Part shown: positions 1-12,583 of the stretch, piece by piece | Position numbering within the stretch: position 1 is the stretch's first letter | How the letters are laid out: each line of letters begins with the position of its first letter | Origin: Paraphysomonas bandaiensis | Lineage: Eukaryota; Protista; Chrysophyceae | Direction of reading: 5' to 3' | Length of the DNA: 64,000 nucleotides | Assembly (NCBI GenBank): GCA_965644295.1 | Contig: CBFFRP010000123.1 | Span: 248,001-312,000, forward strand | Made by a program: the position numbers and the translations under genes | Notes under the pieces: generated by a model | The model's database searches: none | Told to the model about the DNA's origin: nothing | What the model saw: only the letters and a program-made list of their open reading frames with translations

Positions 1-862
1 ACTTAATGTCCTTGTCAGCTCTCTTGTCATGTTTCGGTTTATTGGAACGGTTTCTGAAAGATGTCCCCTTTTTGCGTTTAGAATTCACTTTATTTCGGGA
101 AAACGGGGGTTTTGAGGCTGCAAGCTGAATACTGTCGGTTTTTGTTTCTTCGTTGCTTGACAAGAGCATTCCAACAGACGAGCTTCCTAATCCGCGTAGT
201 CTGCGTATGAGTGTTTTGTAGTCATCGATAGGGTGCATCTGCAGGTTGATCGCCAGTTCACGATACGTCATATTTTCTTTGGATACCAGGCCTTGTCGAA
301 TGCGTGATATGAGATCTTGGTCACTTATCCGATGACCATAATTAATCAGCTTGTTTCGGAGCTTTTCGACAGCGTCAAGAAAGTTGATTATCGACTGACC
401 TTTTTTGATTTTTATGCTCTGAAACTGGCCAATCAGATCGGTGATTACATCGTTAGTCGTTTTTTCTTTGAAGTGGTTGAGCAAGTCCGTCCAGGCGGTT
501 TTACCGTCTCCATCGGGGACGTTCTCCAAAATCCCTTCAGCCTCTTCATTCTGACCAATGATAGAGCTTGCAATGACTGACCATAGGTAGTTATTACCTT
601 CATCATAATATCGTTTCGCATCCTGATACTGTTCGAGTCGATACTGGTAGTCCTCGTCATCTGAGTTTTCTCCTGCTTCAGGCTCAATTGGATGATCGTT
701 CTGTAGAGTATAAACGATCTTAGGCTTGCGATAGAACCATGCACGGCACTTCTTCTGCCACCTGGAGAAGTTCTTCGCATCGAATTTTGGCATTGAGTCC
801 TTTCGCTTGTCGGTTGTCGAATCCGAGTCGGTTGAGTCGTAACTTGTAACTTGAACTGACAT
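1..862 (-). mobile_element. gag: Ty1/copia LTR retrotransposon gag ORF (5' part; runs off the window edge)
   Basis: Manual minus-strand translation from ATG 862 is open to position 1: MSVQVTS...MPKFDAKNFSRWQKKCRAWF...DGDGKTAWTDLLNHF...FQSIKIKKGQSIINFLDAVEKLRNKLINYGHRISDQDLISRIRQGL...KRADKDIK, matching the copia gag (UBN2/Retrotran_gag_2-type) motif order. Absent from the ORF track because there is no stop in the window. Confidence 0.8.
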
Positions 863-872
863 CTCGCTACCA
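863..872 (-). promoter_or_regulatory. Putative primer-binding site TGGTAGCGAG (initiator tRNA-Met type)
   Basis: Minus strand reads TGGTAGCGAG-ATG directly before the gag start; resembles Ty1 PBS TGGTAGCGCC. Confidence 0.6.
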
Positions 873-1364
873 AATAAAGAATTGATCTTTATAATAGTAA
901 AACAATGTTGTGATTATTAGAGTGTAAGTAATGAACACGATAGAGTGAAAATTATGAATAACAATATAGAACGTACTATCATGCACAACGGAATAGTTAG
1001 AAGTGTAACTGATAATGACGACGTTATGATGACGATCACGTATCTTCGACAGATACTCTCTCTAATTCAGTTCATGGTATATTTCATTGAACATTATAAC
1101 TCACAGATACAATCATGTGTTAAGCTGAATCCTAATAAAACCCAATACACCATTAATTAGCTGAAATTGTCACATCAGCAACCAGTGATTTTCTACCATC
1201 ATCCTATATCATATTATTTCCTTTTATCTAGAATACTTTATAAACCCGCTCTTGCCACACAGTATGCATGTAAGCTTTCGACACTAACTGTTATAAACTA
1301 AAAGGTATTACAAGCGACAGCAGATGGTGTAATATATAATACATCTGTCATAACAGCTGCAACA
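873..1364 (-). mobile_element. Probable 5' LTR of the copia element (outer boundary uncertain)
   Basis: Non-coding DNA upstream of the PBS; candidate TGTTG start at 1364. The inner end reads ...TTCTTTA rather than CA and the partner LTR is outside the window. Confidence 0.3.
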
Positions 1365-1438
1365 AGAAACTATTCGCTCTGTAGACATTCCTGCTTATTA
1401 ATAACACACCCGCACATTAATTCTAATATTAACTAAAA

Positions 1439-2656
1439 CTAAATGTTAAACTTCTTGCGGTCTGTGTCGTGCATTTTGCGGCGGTATATCCATTCATACT
1501 CTCCGAACTTTGTGTCAAACGTTCCCTCTTGCAGCCATTTCATTTTCATCGTAAATCGCGGACCTAATTCCTGTAGTCTCGCCCTAGTTTTATCTTTTTC
1601 CTGACGATACACGTACCGATGGTGCCTAACAAAAATGAAGTCTCGCTGGTTGTGAAATGTGACCACCTGACGGCCCTCCAGTTGAGGTTCCTGTTCATGG
1701 GTTCGATGAGACAAAAATATCGGCTAAGAGTGAAGTTCTCTCACCTGAGGAAATATCGACCCAAGAAACCTCCCCGTACGACGCCCAAGACGGGTGGAAA
1801 AATTATTAAGGATGAGCTCCGGAATATGTGAGGTTGAGCGTCCATGTCCAGGTATCTTAGAGCCAGGCTGGAAGCTGCTAACCTACAGTCGCAATTATCA
1901 GAGCCAAGCTTCGAACAGTCCATAACGTACCTTAAAAAATGCCGTTGGTCCCACAGGTAAATGTGTCAATAGAACTCTAACAAAAAGAATTATAATAAAA
2001 TTAAAATTCAATACGTAAACTCCTCACCCATTGCATACTTTGTTTTTCTCCGAAAGGACCATCACATGGGTAAATTCCTTCTTCAAGGCATATTCTTGTA
2101 CCTGACCAACCGTTAACGTCCCTACCCGAAAAAAATTACTCCAACGACATATAACAGAACTTTTAAAAACCTCTGGGGTAGTAAAATGCATTAGGAATCA
2201 TTTGCATAAGGTCTCCAATGAAATCATACAATTTTCTCGAACACTTCGGTCGTGTTGTGATCATTATTTTGGGTTTCTATGTTAAACACTACTTAAATAG
2301 TACACAATAACTGAAAAAGTATAGCAATCACCTTGCCACCTGAATAATACGGTGAAAATTCATCATCCTTCTCGTCTCCAAGTATTTCTTCGTCGTCCTT
2401 TTGCACAGTAGTCTCATCAGCTATTCTTGTGTTTTCTATCGTCCTCGGCACCTACAATTTATTCCTTTAATCAACTGATTACAATAACAGATATATACAA
2501 CACCTGTTTCGGAGGTGCTTTATCACCAAGGGCCTCTGCTTCTTTAATTCTCTGCTCTTTGGCGGCACGCTTTATTTTACTCTTCTGTTGCTTATATTTA
2601 GCATACACTTGAGCCCTCTTTGTCTTATTCCCTATCTTGCTGGGATTCTTCACCAT
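1439..2656 (-). CDS. RPF1: Ribosome production factor 1 (Brix domain), multi-exon
   Basis: N-terminus [22 protein letters not shown]...; C-terminal Brix motifs [18 protein letters not shown] and [21 protein letters not shown]; several short GT-AG introns. Confidence 0.85.
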
Positions 2657-3125
2657 TTTCAATTCGTCTACCTTTTTTTATGACTTAATCAATATATAAT
2701 TGGTAGATATATGTTACTTAGTATATATATACTGTATATGGGACTGGTTATGCTAGGTGAGTTATGTATGCTGTTAATTGATATGGAGTTGATATACACA
2801 ACACCCATACACAGAGAACAGCCACCACTACCATGTTTTTTTAGCCTTTCATTTTCCACTTCCAATATATCGAACCACACAATTATAAAGAAACTTCAAT
2901 ACTTATTGATGATTGGCTAAAAAAGTCAGAAGTTGATTTCGCCGCCCTTGGAGTCATGATTGTTTATGATACAGAGTTATGCATAGCTAAGTATGGATAT
3001 GTCTGGATACACACTCTATATAGACCAAGCCCAACTGCATAATCATATACATCATTGACTCAGGACAGACATATACAAAGAAACACATATCAAGTTTAGA
3101 AAATGATAGACGTATTGATTATATC

Positions 3126-4414
3126 ATGGGGAATAATTTTCCTGGTAAAATGGTTCGTGGAGGAGCGAAACAGTATCATGCACAAGACCTGCTGAGCGAT
3201 CTCCAAGTTCTAGGCATATCTGAAAAAGATACACAGAAATTACACAGTGCTTTTGATGTGATAGATATTGATAGTTCGAATGAATTATATTTATCAGAGT
3301 TTTGTGCACATATCCATGTGGAGGAAACTGGGTTCGTCAAACGAATCTTCAGTGTGTTCGATGAAGATTCCAGCAACTTTATAAGCTTTCGAGAATTTGT
3401 TGTATCTTTATGGAATTTTTTGACTCTTAGTAATTCTTCAATGGGTATGGAAGATTGTGTTATTTTTATATTCTCTTTTACTCGTTTCTATTTATCGAAG
3501 TTGCCTTCGTCTTTGATGTTTATGACAAAGATGGAAGTGGTTACATAGATATAAAAGAGGCTGAATCATTACTAAAAGATATTTATGGAAGTCGCTATGA
3601 ACATAGCGCTCATGCCATGAAGTATTTCGCGCACTTTAAATTATCTTGATTGATTTTGATGCAGACTGGCCATTAAATTGAAGTCTGATGTCAAGGGTAA
3701 AATCAACTTGGAGACTTTCACCACATTGGCAAAAAAATACACCGCAATGTTATTTCCAGCATTTACACTTCGAGATACTATCCGCCGTCATATTTTAGGG
3801 GACAAGTTCTGGAAAATTTACGATGAATATCGACAAATAAACTTCAATGGTGACTATTGTCATGCAGAATGGCTGATTTATACCTGTAGAGAAAGCCAAT
3901 GCTATAGAGGCAATGACAATATAATTTGTTCCCCGGACTCTAGGACTGGGATTTCAACGTTAAATACATCTAGGTGAGTAAGTATTACTGATTTCGTGTG
4001 AACTGGTTTCTGAAATAACTATATTTGAAGACCTAAGACAAGATTACTGGTGGAATCACTTTATGGGTAAGATCCAATTTAGAAACAATAACATCCCTTA
4101 CAAGTTTGTAAAAGAGGTGTCACTATGACATACCATCCACGCTGCTCGAAAAGCAAAAATTTGAAAAGCGTGCACGTAAAGCCTAAGAAGAAGACGACGG
4201 AGTAAGTTATAACTGCAAATTTATTGGGTCTGTACTAACTCTTTCTAAGACATCGAAAATCGGAGAGTTCAGAGTTTTCTTTTACAGAAAAATTCTTTGA
4301 GTGAGATATTCAACATTCTTTTACTCTGCACGTAATGGAATGTTTTCCAGGCGTGTTGAGAAAGCGAAAATAAAAAGTCCGAAAAAGTGGAGGCACAGGA
4401 TTACACCATATTGA
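3126..4414 (+). CDS. EF-hand calcium-binding protein (calcineurin B-like) with basic C-terminal tail, multi-exon
   Basis: EF loops DIDSSNELYLSE, DEDSSNFISFRE, DKDGSGYIDIKE across exons; starts MGNN; 3' exons approximate. Confidence 0.7.
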
Positions 4415-4899
4415 TAGTGTCTGGTTTACACAAGTACTTATGACTTAAGATACCTCTGACTACATAAATTCCCAATCCTTCATGATAAGAGTTAACTTAT
4501 TGTAGCTACATGCTGAATCATATAACTAGTTCGTTGTTTGTTATCCGTAAACTATATACTACACATTTTTTACATTATGTTCATTATTATAAGATATAAA
4601 GTGCTATGTCGAAACACCGCATAACACTTTCACCTCACGATATATATTTTTAAGGTTCTTATATTATTTATTCAAAATCCTGTGGGGTGATACATCAATG
4701 GTTAAGAAATAAGCAACACCAAACACTTGTCGTCACGACAAACCCAGTTCAACTTCACACTGCTTAGACGAGAAAGACAGCTTAGATTTATTATCACGTG
4801 TAATTAATCTCTGATGTAAAATTGACGGAAACCCGAAAAACGCCATAAAGTGGTGATAAGAGTGACCATGGCTGATCAATCAGTTGTCGAGATTATGTA

Positions 4900-5270
4900 T
4901 TTATTCGAAGGAACTGAGCGGAGAAAGGTGCTATTCTGTCACTATATCCGAAAGACGATATAGAGATGTCGACACCATATGCCAGTCCTTTGACGGTGGA
5001 AATGGCTACACAGGACCCCCCATGTCCTAGGGACCGCAAGTGCATGTACCGACGCGGTTCGATTTGGTAACTTCGAAGTGCTTCAAAGGACATGGGGTTC
5101 CTGCGACAGATGACATTTCATCAATTCGTTTCATTTTCAATCTCGAAATGTTAAAATGGCGTCAGTCACAAGAACCTCCATGTCGTTTCAAGATTACGAC
5201 GTTACCAGGTCGGACCGCTTGAAACCCAGGAAATGAATCTTCTTCGGGACATCGTAACAATATATTGTGA
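4900..5270 (-). pseudogene. Degraded Mutator/MULE-like transposase relic (SWIM zinc finger)
   Basis: Minus strand gives HFEVTKSNRVGTCTCGP*DM then, after a frameshift in a G-run, GVLCSHF, a CxC...CxH SWIM pattern; stops and frameshifts present. Confidence 0.35.
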
Positions 5271-5666
5271 ACAAGAACTGTGTTCTATCTCGGAGATTTA
5301 ATGTTTGCAATCCAACTCTTCTACTAAACAAGCAATCCTAACCACACATTATATTTCCCCAACTACATCACTGTATATGTACGTATATTGTACTACACAA
5401 ATACAGGACATACATATTGACAGAAAACAATATCCCATATATGGGATATACTACGTTTTTTTTCCGTTGCACTGAAAGTGGAAACAACTGCATTGTATTA
5501 TATGAAGGAAGTGAATGTTAATATATAGTTTCTTTTAAGACTGATTGGTCAAAGAATTCACTTTCTTGACTGACTTTCACTTCGACGATATATTTGTTTT
5601 GTGTATAACACTGCGTACAGTTTATATGCCATTCATAGTCTTATAGAGTTATCTAGATTCAGAATA

Positions 5667-8600
5667 ATGTCACCGCTGCTGCTATGCATGCTGTTGATCT
5701 GCCCTCTTGTTTCAGCGATATCTGGGTTTTGGTATGGTGATAATCGAGGGCCATTGGTGTATGATACCATTCCTTATGCAAATTTTACGGTTAAAATAAA
5801 TAGACCTATTGATGAGGGTCCTGGACAGAATCTCATGTTTGATCCTGTAGATCCATCATTGAAAATATTCCCCGGTAATTCGATTAATAGGGAATCATTT
5901 GATACACAGTTTGTACTGGATATGGAGTATGCACTTGGTATACATCGTGATAGAGTGTATGTAACTCATGTAGAAGCAGCTAATGTGCACTTTTCTTGGG
6001 AGTCATATAGTGTGTTTGTTGAATTTATTTTCTTGGAAAGGAATTCGTCTGCGGATTTGACTCTTTTGGAAGCAGTTGCAAAGCTCACCGCGCAAATTCA
6101 AACACCAGGATCTCCTATATTCGATGGCACAAACGTGACGATGAATTTGGACCCTCTGTATGGTCTGGATGTGCGGGGGTGGGACATATCATTGCGACTT
6201 TTGTATCCCATTGAAGTGATTGGTAATTCGAGTGTAGTGGACGGTTACTATATCAATCAAGGCGGGTTGGGTTTCTGTGATAATAATGGTACAGCTAATT
6301 TTCTTATTCAATATTGTGAGTTCGAAAGGTTCTTCGAAGATGACGTCTCAGAAGCGCTCAACATATCTTATTACCGTATTCAGATTTTATTTGTGAAGAA
6401 AGCATCAGTAGATTCGAGTCTTATTCACTTTCGAGTTCTTCCACCCATGCAGGACACAAATGAAGATACCGTTTCGACAGCAATCGCAAACTTACTGACC
6501 CAAGTGCAGGATCAGTCTAGTGCTCTATATTTCGGCAACGTTACTATTCGCACAGACCCGCAGTGGGGAGTGTCTAACACCCTCCCCACTCCGCGAAGCC
6601 GAGAAGCGCTATTTACCTACAAGTACTATGATTACGATCCACGTCACCTTACGACAGACCGTGTTCCAGCTCAGCGCCGCCCACAATCCCTGGTCACTGA
6701 CTACTCTCGGTGTAAGGCAAACAGAAGATGTAACTGGGGCCATGTCGGTGTGTATTGTAGTTTGTTGTCATGTTGGAAAATTGTGCATCTGATTCTTGCT
6801 TTGTAGTGCATAACCAGTCGACGAACGATGTGCGCTACTATCAACGCCTTTTCGAGTTTGGTGAGTTAAGACCTATTAACCTATTTCTTGACTTCGAGGA
6901 CTGGCGTCTCGGTGCTCGAGGATTCACATGGGACGGTGACATTCCCCCAACACAGGAGGGACAAACATCTATTCCTTTAGCCCGAGCAGACCCGGGAAAA
7001 ATACGAGGGACACACTTCTGGCCCTTTGATCAGGATTCATTAGGGACAGATATCCCGTGCTTTATGGAAGAACGCAATCAAGGATTAGTACTTGATCGTA
7101 GACTGCATAACTCTCAAATTGGGATGCAGGAGGCACTGGTGTATGATCTTGAAGGAAGGGTGGACTGGATTGATGAAAATATAGAATATGCACGCATGGA
7201 CTCCGTGCGTAGATCACGAAAAGATGTCAAGGAATATATGACGACCGAAAAAATTCACTTCACCCAATGGCTCGAGAATGAGAGGGTAGAGCTGATAGAA
7301 CTGAACACATCGCAGTGTACTCTACAGAAATGCTCAATTACTTTCAACACATCATCGCTTGAGTTAACCGGGGCTGTTGAGGATAAAGGTTTGTATCAAT
7401 TTGTTCATATCCTATCATTTGATGTTAGTTGATAACACACAGGTGTCATTCGCTATACCTCCGCAGGGACTGAAGTGGCGGTTTTTAGTTTCAACTCTAT
7501 ATATCTGGGACCAGACACGGAAGTGATTCTTGTGGGACAGCGCGCATTTTCTTTAGTCAGCAAAACAACGGCTATTATAAATACTACGTTCAGAATTGTT
7601 CCAGGTACACTTGGCGGCTTCCCTGGTGGAAATAGTGTTGCTCGTTTAGCATCAGAAGTCTTGGTGGACAACCCAACAGGTATCGTTATATGTGAGCTCG
7701 GAAACTACTGTCTGAATAGGACTGGAGAGGGGAGCGTCCTCACTGACGAACAGCGGGAGAATCTCATTAGCAATAACGTAAATGGCCCAGGGTCTGGCAA
7801 CCTCCGCGTACATCCTTTTGTAATGCACTTGACGACTGATGACGTAGATGAAGTGCAAACTATCACAACTACCGCGCAAGATGGACAGACACTCGCGGGA
7901 GGATTCAAATTGTATTTCGGTAATTATGCGACTCCTGTCATTCCGTATGACGCGACCGCGGGAGAGATGAAGAAAATCATGGAGGATAGTTTGAACTTAG
8001 TCAAACCGGTCGATTTACCAGTGCAAGCAAATAGGGACACTGGAGGAAAAGCTGGTATTGGGCTAGTTAATGTGACTCGTTCGGCTCCAAGTGACGTGTT
8101 AGGATATGTGTGGACCGTCACGTTCACGACTGCAATAGGAAACATCGAACAGCTACGAGTCAAGAATTACCTGCAAGGTCTCGAAGCAAATGTGTGGACG
8201 AACACTACCGTGGATGGTAACGAGATAGGGGGGTCGTTTACTCTTAACTTTCAAGGACACACTACTGCTCCTATTTTGAGTGATGAGACAGCTGTCGGCC
8301 TGGAGCAGAAGCTTTTAGATCTGCCAGTTATACGGAGTGCATTTGTCGAGAGAAACGACCCGACTGAGAATTGTGATGATGGCCTATGTGCGAATGGGCC
8401 GTTTCAAGGGCGGGGATTTGTGTGGTCTGTGTATGTAACGACAGATGAGACAGTCGACAACTATACTCCTACGTCTCCAACTTCTCCACTAGCTTTGGAG
8501 GAGGGCCCGATCAAAAGGTTCACGGCTGATACATCTTCTCTAACAGGTTCTAACACGACCATTTCTTTCTCATGGGGTCTTGTCGAGTCACCCAACAAAC

Positions 8601-11600
8601 TTATGTCACTTCTCAATCTTTCCATCCCATTCTCTCTAGCTTGGGGCGGTGCTGGGGGATCATATGGGGGTCTAGGTGGGAAAGGATATTCACGTAATCC
8701 CGTTGGAAAGACGTATAGTGACGAGAGAATAAGTGACTTGCTTGGTGGGAGCGGTGGGTGTATGAGATCCGAATTTCCTTTTAAAATAAATTCATTTCGA
8801 GGGCCAACTTCCGGGAAGGGAGGACACGGCGGTGGGGCGATAGAGGTTGTTGCCGCGAATGATATTGTAATTGGAACCTATGGCCTCATATACGTCAATG
8901 GCGGAGATGGAGAGCAAACTTCGGAAGGGGGTGGAGGAGGTGGTAGCGGAGGCTCAATTCTTCTTGCCGCTGGTGGATCTGTAGTAAATGAGGGCATCCT
9001 GGATGCATCTGGCGGGAATGGTGGGTTTGGAGGGCCCGGAAATGGGACGATGCGAAGTCAACTGGCTCGTCAGTACTCTGGGACAAGTGGCAGAGGAGAG
9101 TATGCTGGCGGCGGAGGAGGGGGTGGTAGGGTTGCGATATTCGCCCAGTCTATTGTGAACTCGAACGGAATTATGACGGTTGAAGGCGGGAAATGTGGCA
9201 TATTCAAAATCAGTGTCAATGAAACTGTACAGCAACTTAATGTGTCATTTAATGTCTTGCTTCAAGGCCTTATTGATGAAGATATCTTAGTCAATCTTGT
9301 AGCAACATTCATTAACCAGACAATCGATACGGAATTTGTCAACATTCGTGATGTTGAAGTGAATGGACTGGTAGATGCAGCTCTGAACTATTCTATCATT
9401 GTAGCAGAGCATAGTAATGTGTCTCTTATCGAGGAAAAGTTCAATGACGCAGCTGGAACTAATCTGGCTGATGTTATTATTACGAATACCCGAATTTGGG
9501 GGACTGAATATTTGAGTATTACACCCGTGAGAGAGATTGAAACTCCTTGCAATAACAGTGGTGGCATCGGAACATTATTTACGGAGGCTTCCATGACGAC
9601 AGAGATGTACGTGCGACCTACTGAAGCTGCTGAGGGTACCAATCGTGCATTATTTTTGTCGAATCGAGAATCAACTTTTACAGCCACGGGGAGTGCAAGA
9701 GAAGCTCCTTTTGCTTGGAACGGTCCTATTATCCCGTTTGAACCATCGCAACCCACTCGGGTAACATATTACTCAAGGATGGACGGAGTTCCTGGAGAAT
9801 CAAAGAAATCTAATTTTGGAACGTTGTTTTCTATCCTTAGTCGTGGTGGAGTAGAAGGTTTGAATGTGTCGTCGGTGATAGGAGTTTTTATTGGTGACAA
9901 GATCAAACATGGGGCTAATTTTGGTTCCAATGTGGACGAGGACTTATATCTAAAGCGTTTAACTGTTATCGACGAATTTCCTGCCTTCGATCGGTGGTAT
10001 AAAGTTGATATTCATATTAGATGGGATACTCATACATATTTTATTCTCCTTGATGACACATTAGTGGTTAAAGACCAGAAATTTGTTGGGGATGATGTCG
10101 ACGGCTTGAGGCTATCAGTAAGCAGGGCAACTGATGTATGGTTTGATGAAATTTATGTAGGCTTTGATAATAACTTAAACTTCGAATGTCCTGCAACAAG
10201 TCGTAGTGGTCCGTCCAGTAATATTCCGGAACAAAGGGGTTGGGCACTAGATGAAGTAAATGCAAAGGATTCCAATGGGTTTACTGAGTTCAATAGAATG
10301 TCGAGACATTACTCTCATCTGGAGACCGAGAATGCCGTGCCGTTTGATGGTCAAGGTCACGTTAAAGTGTTCGAAGATATTAAATTCAAGTTCTCCGATG
10401 GTGATTATCCTATTAAACCTGGGAAGTTGCATGCCGGTGCCCTGAGGTACTTGACAAACTCTGCTCGAAGTGGAAGGCGGCCGCTTGGCAACAGTGCTAC
10501 TCTAGTCTCCCCAAATGGGTTGTGGAACTTAGCCAAGGATGGAATAGGGGGTGCTGGAGATGGTCGCCATTACTTGTATGTCGAACACGCTGATAAAGAC
10601 AACTCTTCTTATTCCACTGGAGGTGTAGCAGCCTGCAGTTCTCAAGATCTGAGTTCGTGGAGATTCGAAGGAATTGTGTTCCATAATGAAAATCTAACTG
10701 ACATGGTATTCGGTATAGATGGACCGTTCAGTATCGAGCGTCCGACAATTATCTTTAATCCGACCACATCAGAATATGTGATGTGGGCCACTATGAATGA
10801 CCCAGACAGGGAATTGGCAATTGCAGCTGTGGCGTCGTCGCCATACGAAGATGGGCCATTTTTATTTAGAAGGTCTCTGTACCCTGACGGGAATCGAACT
10901 CGTGATCAGGCGGCGTTTATTAACGATGAGGGTCGTGCAGTATTGGGCCGAACTTATTATTCTACACTGGAGTATATTATGCCGGAAGCTGTCATGCAGC
11001 CTACATGGGAGAGTGTGAAAAATCGTGATGGAACAATAAACTTTCGTCTAAATTATCACCGAGCAAATTATACGGAGGGATACGATAACTTTCACGATAT
11101 ATATCTTCAGAGGTGGCGAAAGGAAGATATTCCGTACAAAGTTGAATGTGTTAACAAAGTCACTAATGAGGTTCGTGAAGTTCCCAGTGGAGTCTATAAC
11201 GAGGATGGTGAGGTGTGTGATGACCCGTTCGAGTATAAAGTTATCACTGGTCAGGGAAATCCGCCTATCGAGACGAAGTTCATCAGTCCCAACAGCTCGG
11301 ACAACTCATGGTGGATGCAGACATCTGTGCCCTCTGTGAAAGCGCAGCCATGGGCAAGTAGCTACCGTGATGGGTACTGTGGTATTCGTAAGCTCGATGA
11401 TGGTATTGAAATTGATGATCCTATTCTTGCGGAATTTACCCCGACATCTCGAGGAGATTGCTCAAATATTGCTGATAATAAACCCCATGGAACTTTACAG
11501 GACAAACTAATTGGTGTACAGAGAGTTGTGCTACAGCGTAGGGCAAAATATATTGCTATCAGTGAACTTACTGGAGACTTTATGGATACAACTGGAAAGA

Positions 11601-11869
11601 TGAGGAGTTTCGAAGGCGAGTTATCTTCCGGAAATCTTATCACACTCATTGCTGAAAATGGGCAGTTTGAATTTGGGCCAGGCGAAAAGTTGGCCACTAC
11701 TTTTCAAGCTCCAAAGCGTTCTGAGTATAACACTGCTTACGATTACAAATATCGCTTCAGACAATACATGTTTAATAGGAATGATCGCGCAGAGTATGCG
11801 TTGGCATGTGTTATTGATAATGTTTGTCCAGTGAACTTCGCAGATCAGCTGACTGTAGGTCACACTTAA
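5667..11869 (+). CDS. Giant secreted multidomain protein (about 2000 aa) with Gly-rich region and C-terminal GH43-like beta-propeller; 3 exons
   Basis: Signal peptide MSPLLLCMLLICPLVSA; introns near 6748-6806 and 7389-7443; EVQTITT/GGFKLYF/WTVTF repeats; GGGGGSGGSI motifs; GH43-type SSQDLSSWRFEG, IERPTIIFNPTTSEYVMW, ASSPYEDGPF, RDQAAF. Confidence 0.8.
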
Positions 11870-12257
11870 TCATAGACAGGATTTGGATATTATTGTATAT
11901 CTTTTTTACTTAGTGAAAATCGAATGATATTTCTCATCATAATAATCATATTGGATGTATTTGTTTCAATTACATTGGCAATAAGGTTTTTAGTAATGTT
12001 TCAGGTTTACTACTCTAGAGATGTGTCATTCTTATATCTCTACTCGGCCACACGAAATTATTATACAACACGCCAATAAAGTATGTTTTTCTTCGATTTT
12101 AATGAAATCTTTGTATTATAGTATATAGGAGTCTATATGAAACAGAGAATGAGTGTGATGTAGATATGTAGATCACCACATAGCCTTATTTTCTATAGAA
12201 CGGAAGGCTAGATGTGCTACATTGGCCTTAAAAATATTATTAGAGATATATTATTCA

Positions 12258-12378
12258 ACCTAGTCAAATTGGTTGAATTTCCTAGTCATACTATTTTCGG
12301 TGTAAATACCTAGTCAAAGCAACCTGGCAAATTATAGTATAAAACCTAGTCATGATTTTGGTGTGACTAGTCTGACAG
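12258..12378. repeat. Cluster of CCTAGTCA motifs (TE subterminal-like)
   Basis: CCTAGTCA four times within about 100 bp plus degenerate copies. Confidence 0.4.
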
Positions 12379-12446
12379 TCATATAGTAGTAAAAGATTAA
12401 TTCCTTGTATTCTAACATATTGTAAAATATATTGATTAGTGGGCAG

Positions 12447-12583
12447 CAGGCTTGCGTAACAATTAATTGGTTTTCAATTTATTGGCAATAATTGCCAATT
12501 AATTGGATTGCCAATTAAATTACTTGGTTTCAAAAGTGATAACTTCAATTATTATATTGGTAAATGTTGCCAATTAATTGGCT
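12447..12583. mobile_element. Solo terminus of hAT family A
   Basis: CAGGCTTGCGTAACAATTAATTGG plus CAATTAATTG subterminal repeats; reverse-complement homolog of 27980-28068. Confidence 0.7.

Noticed and set aside
445-873. 142-aa minus-strand ORF in the track
   Set aside because: Off-frame shadow of the gag reading frame.
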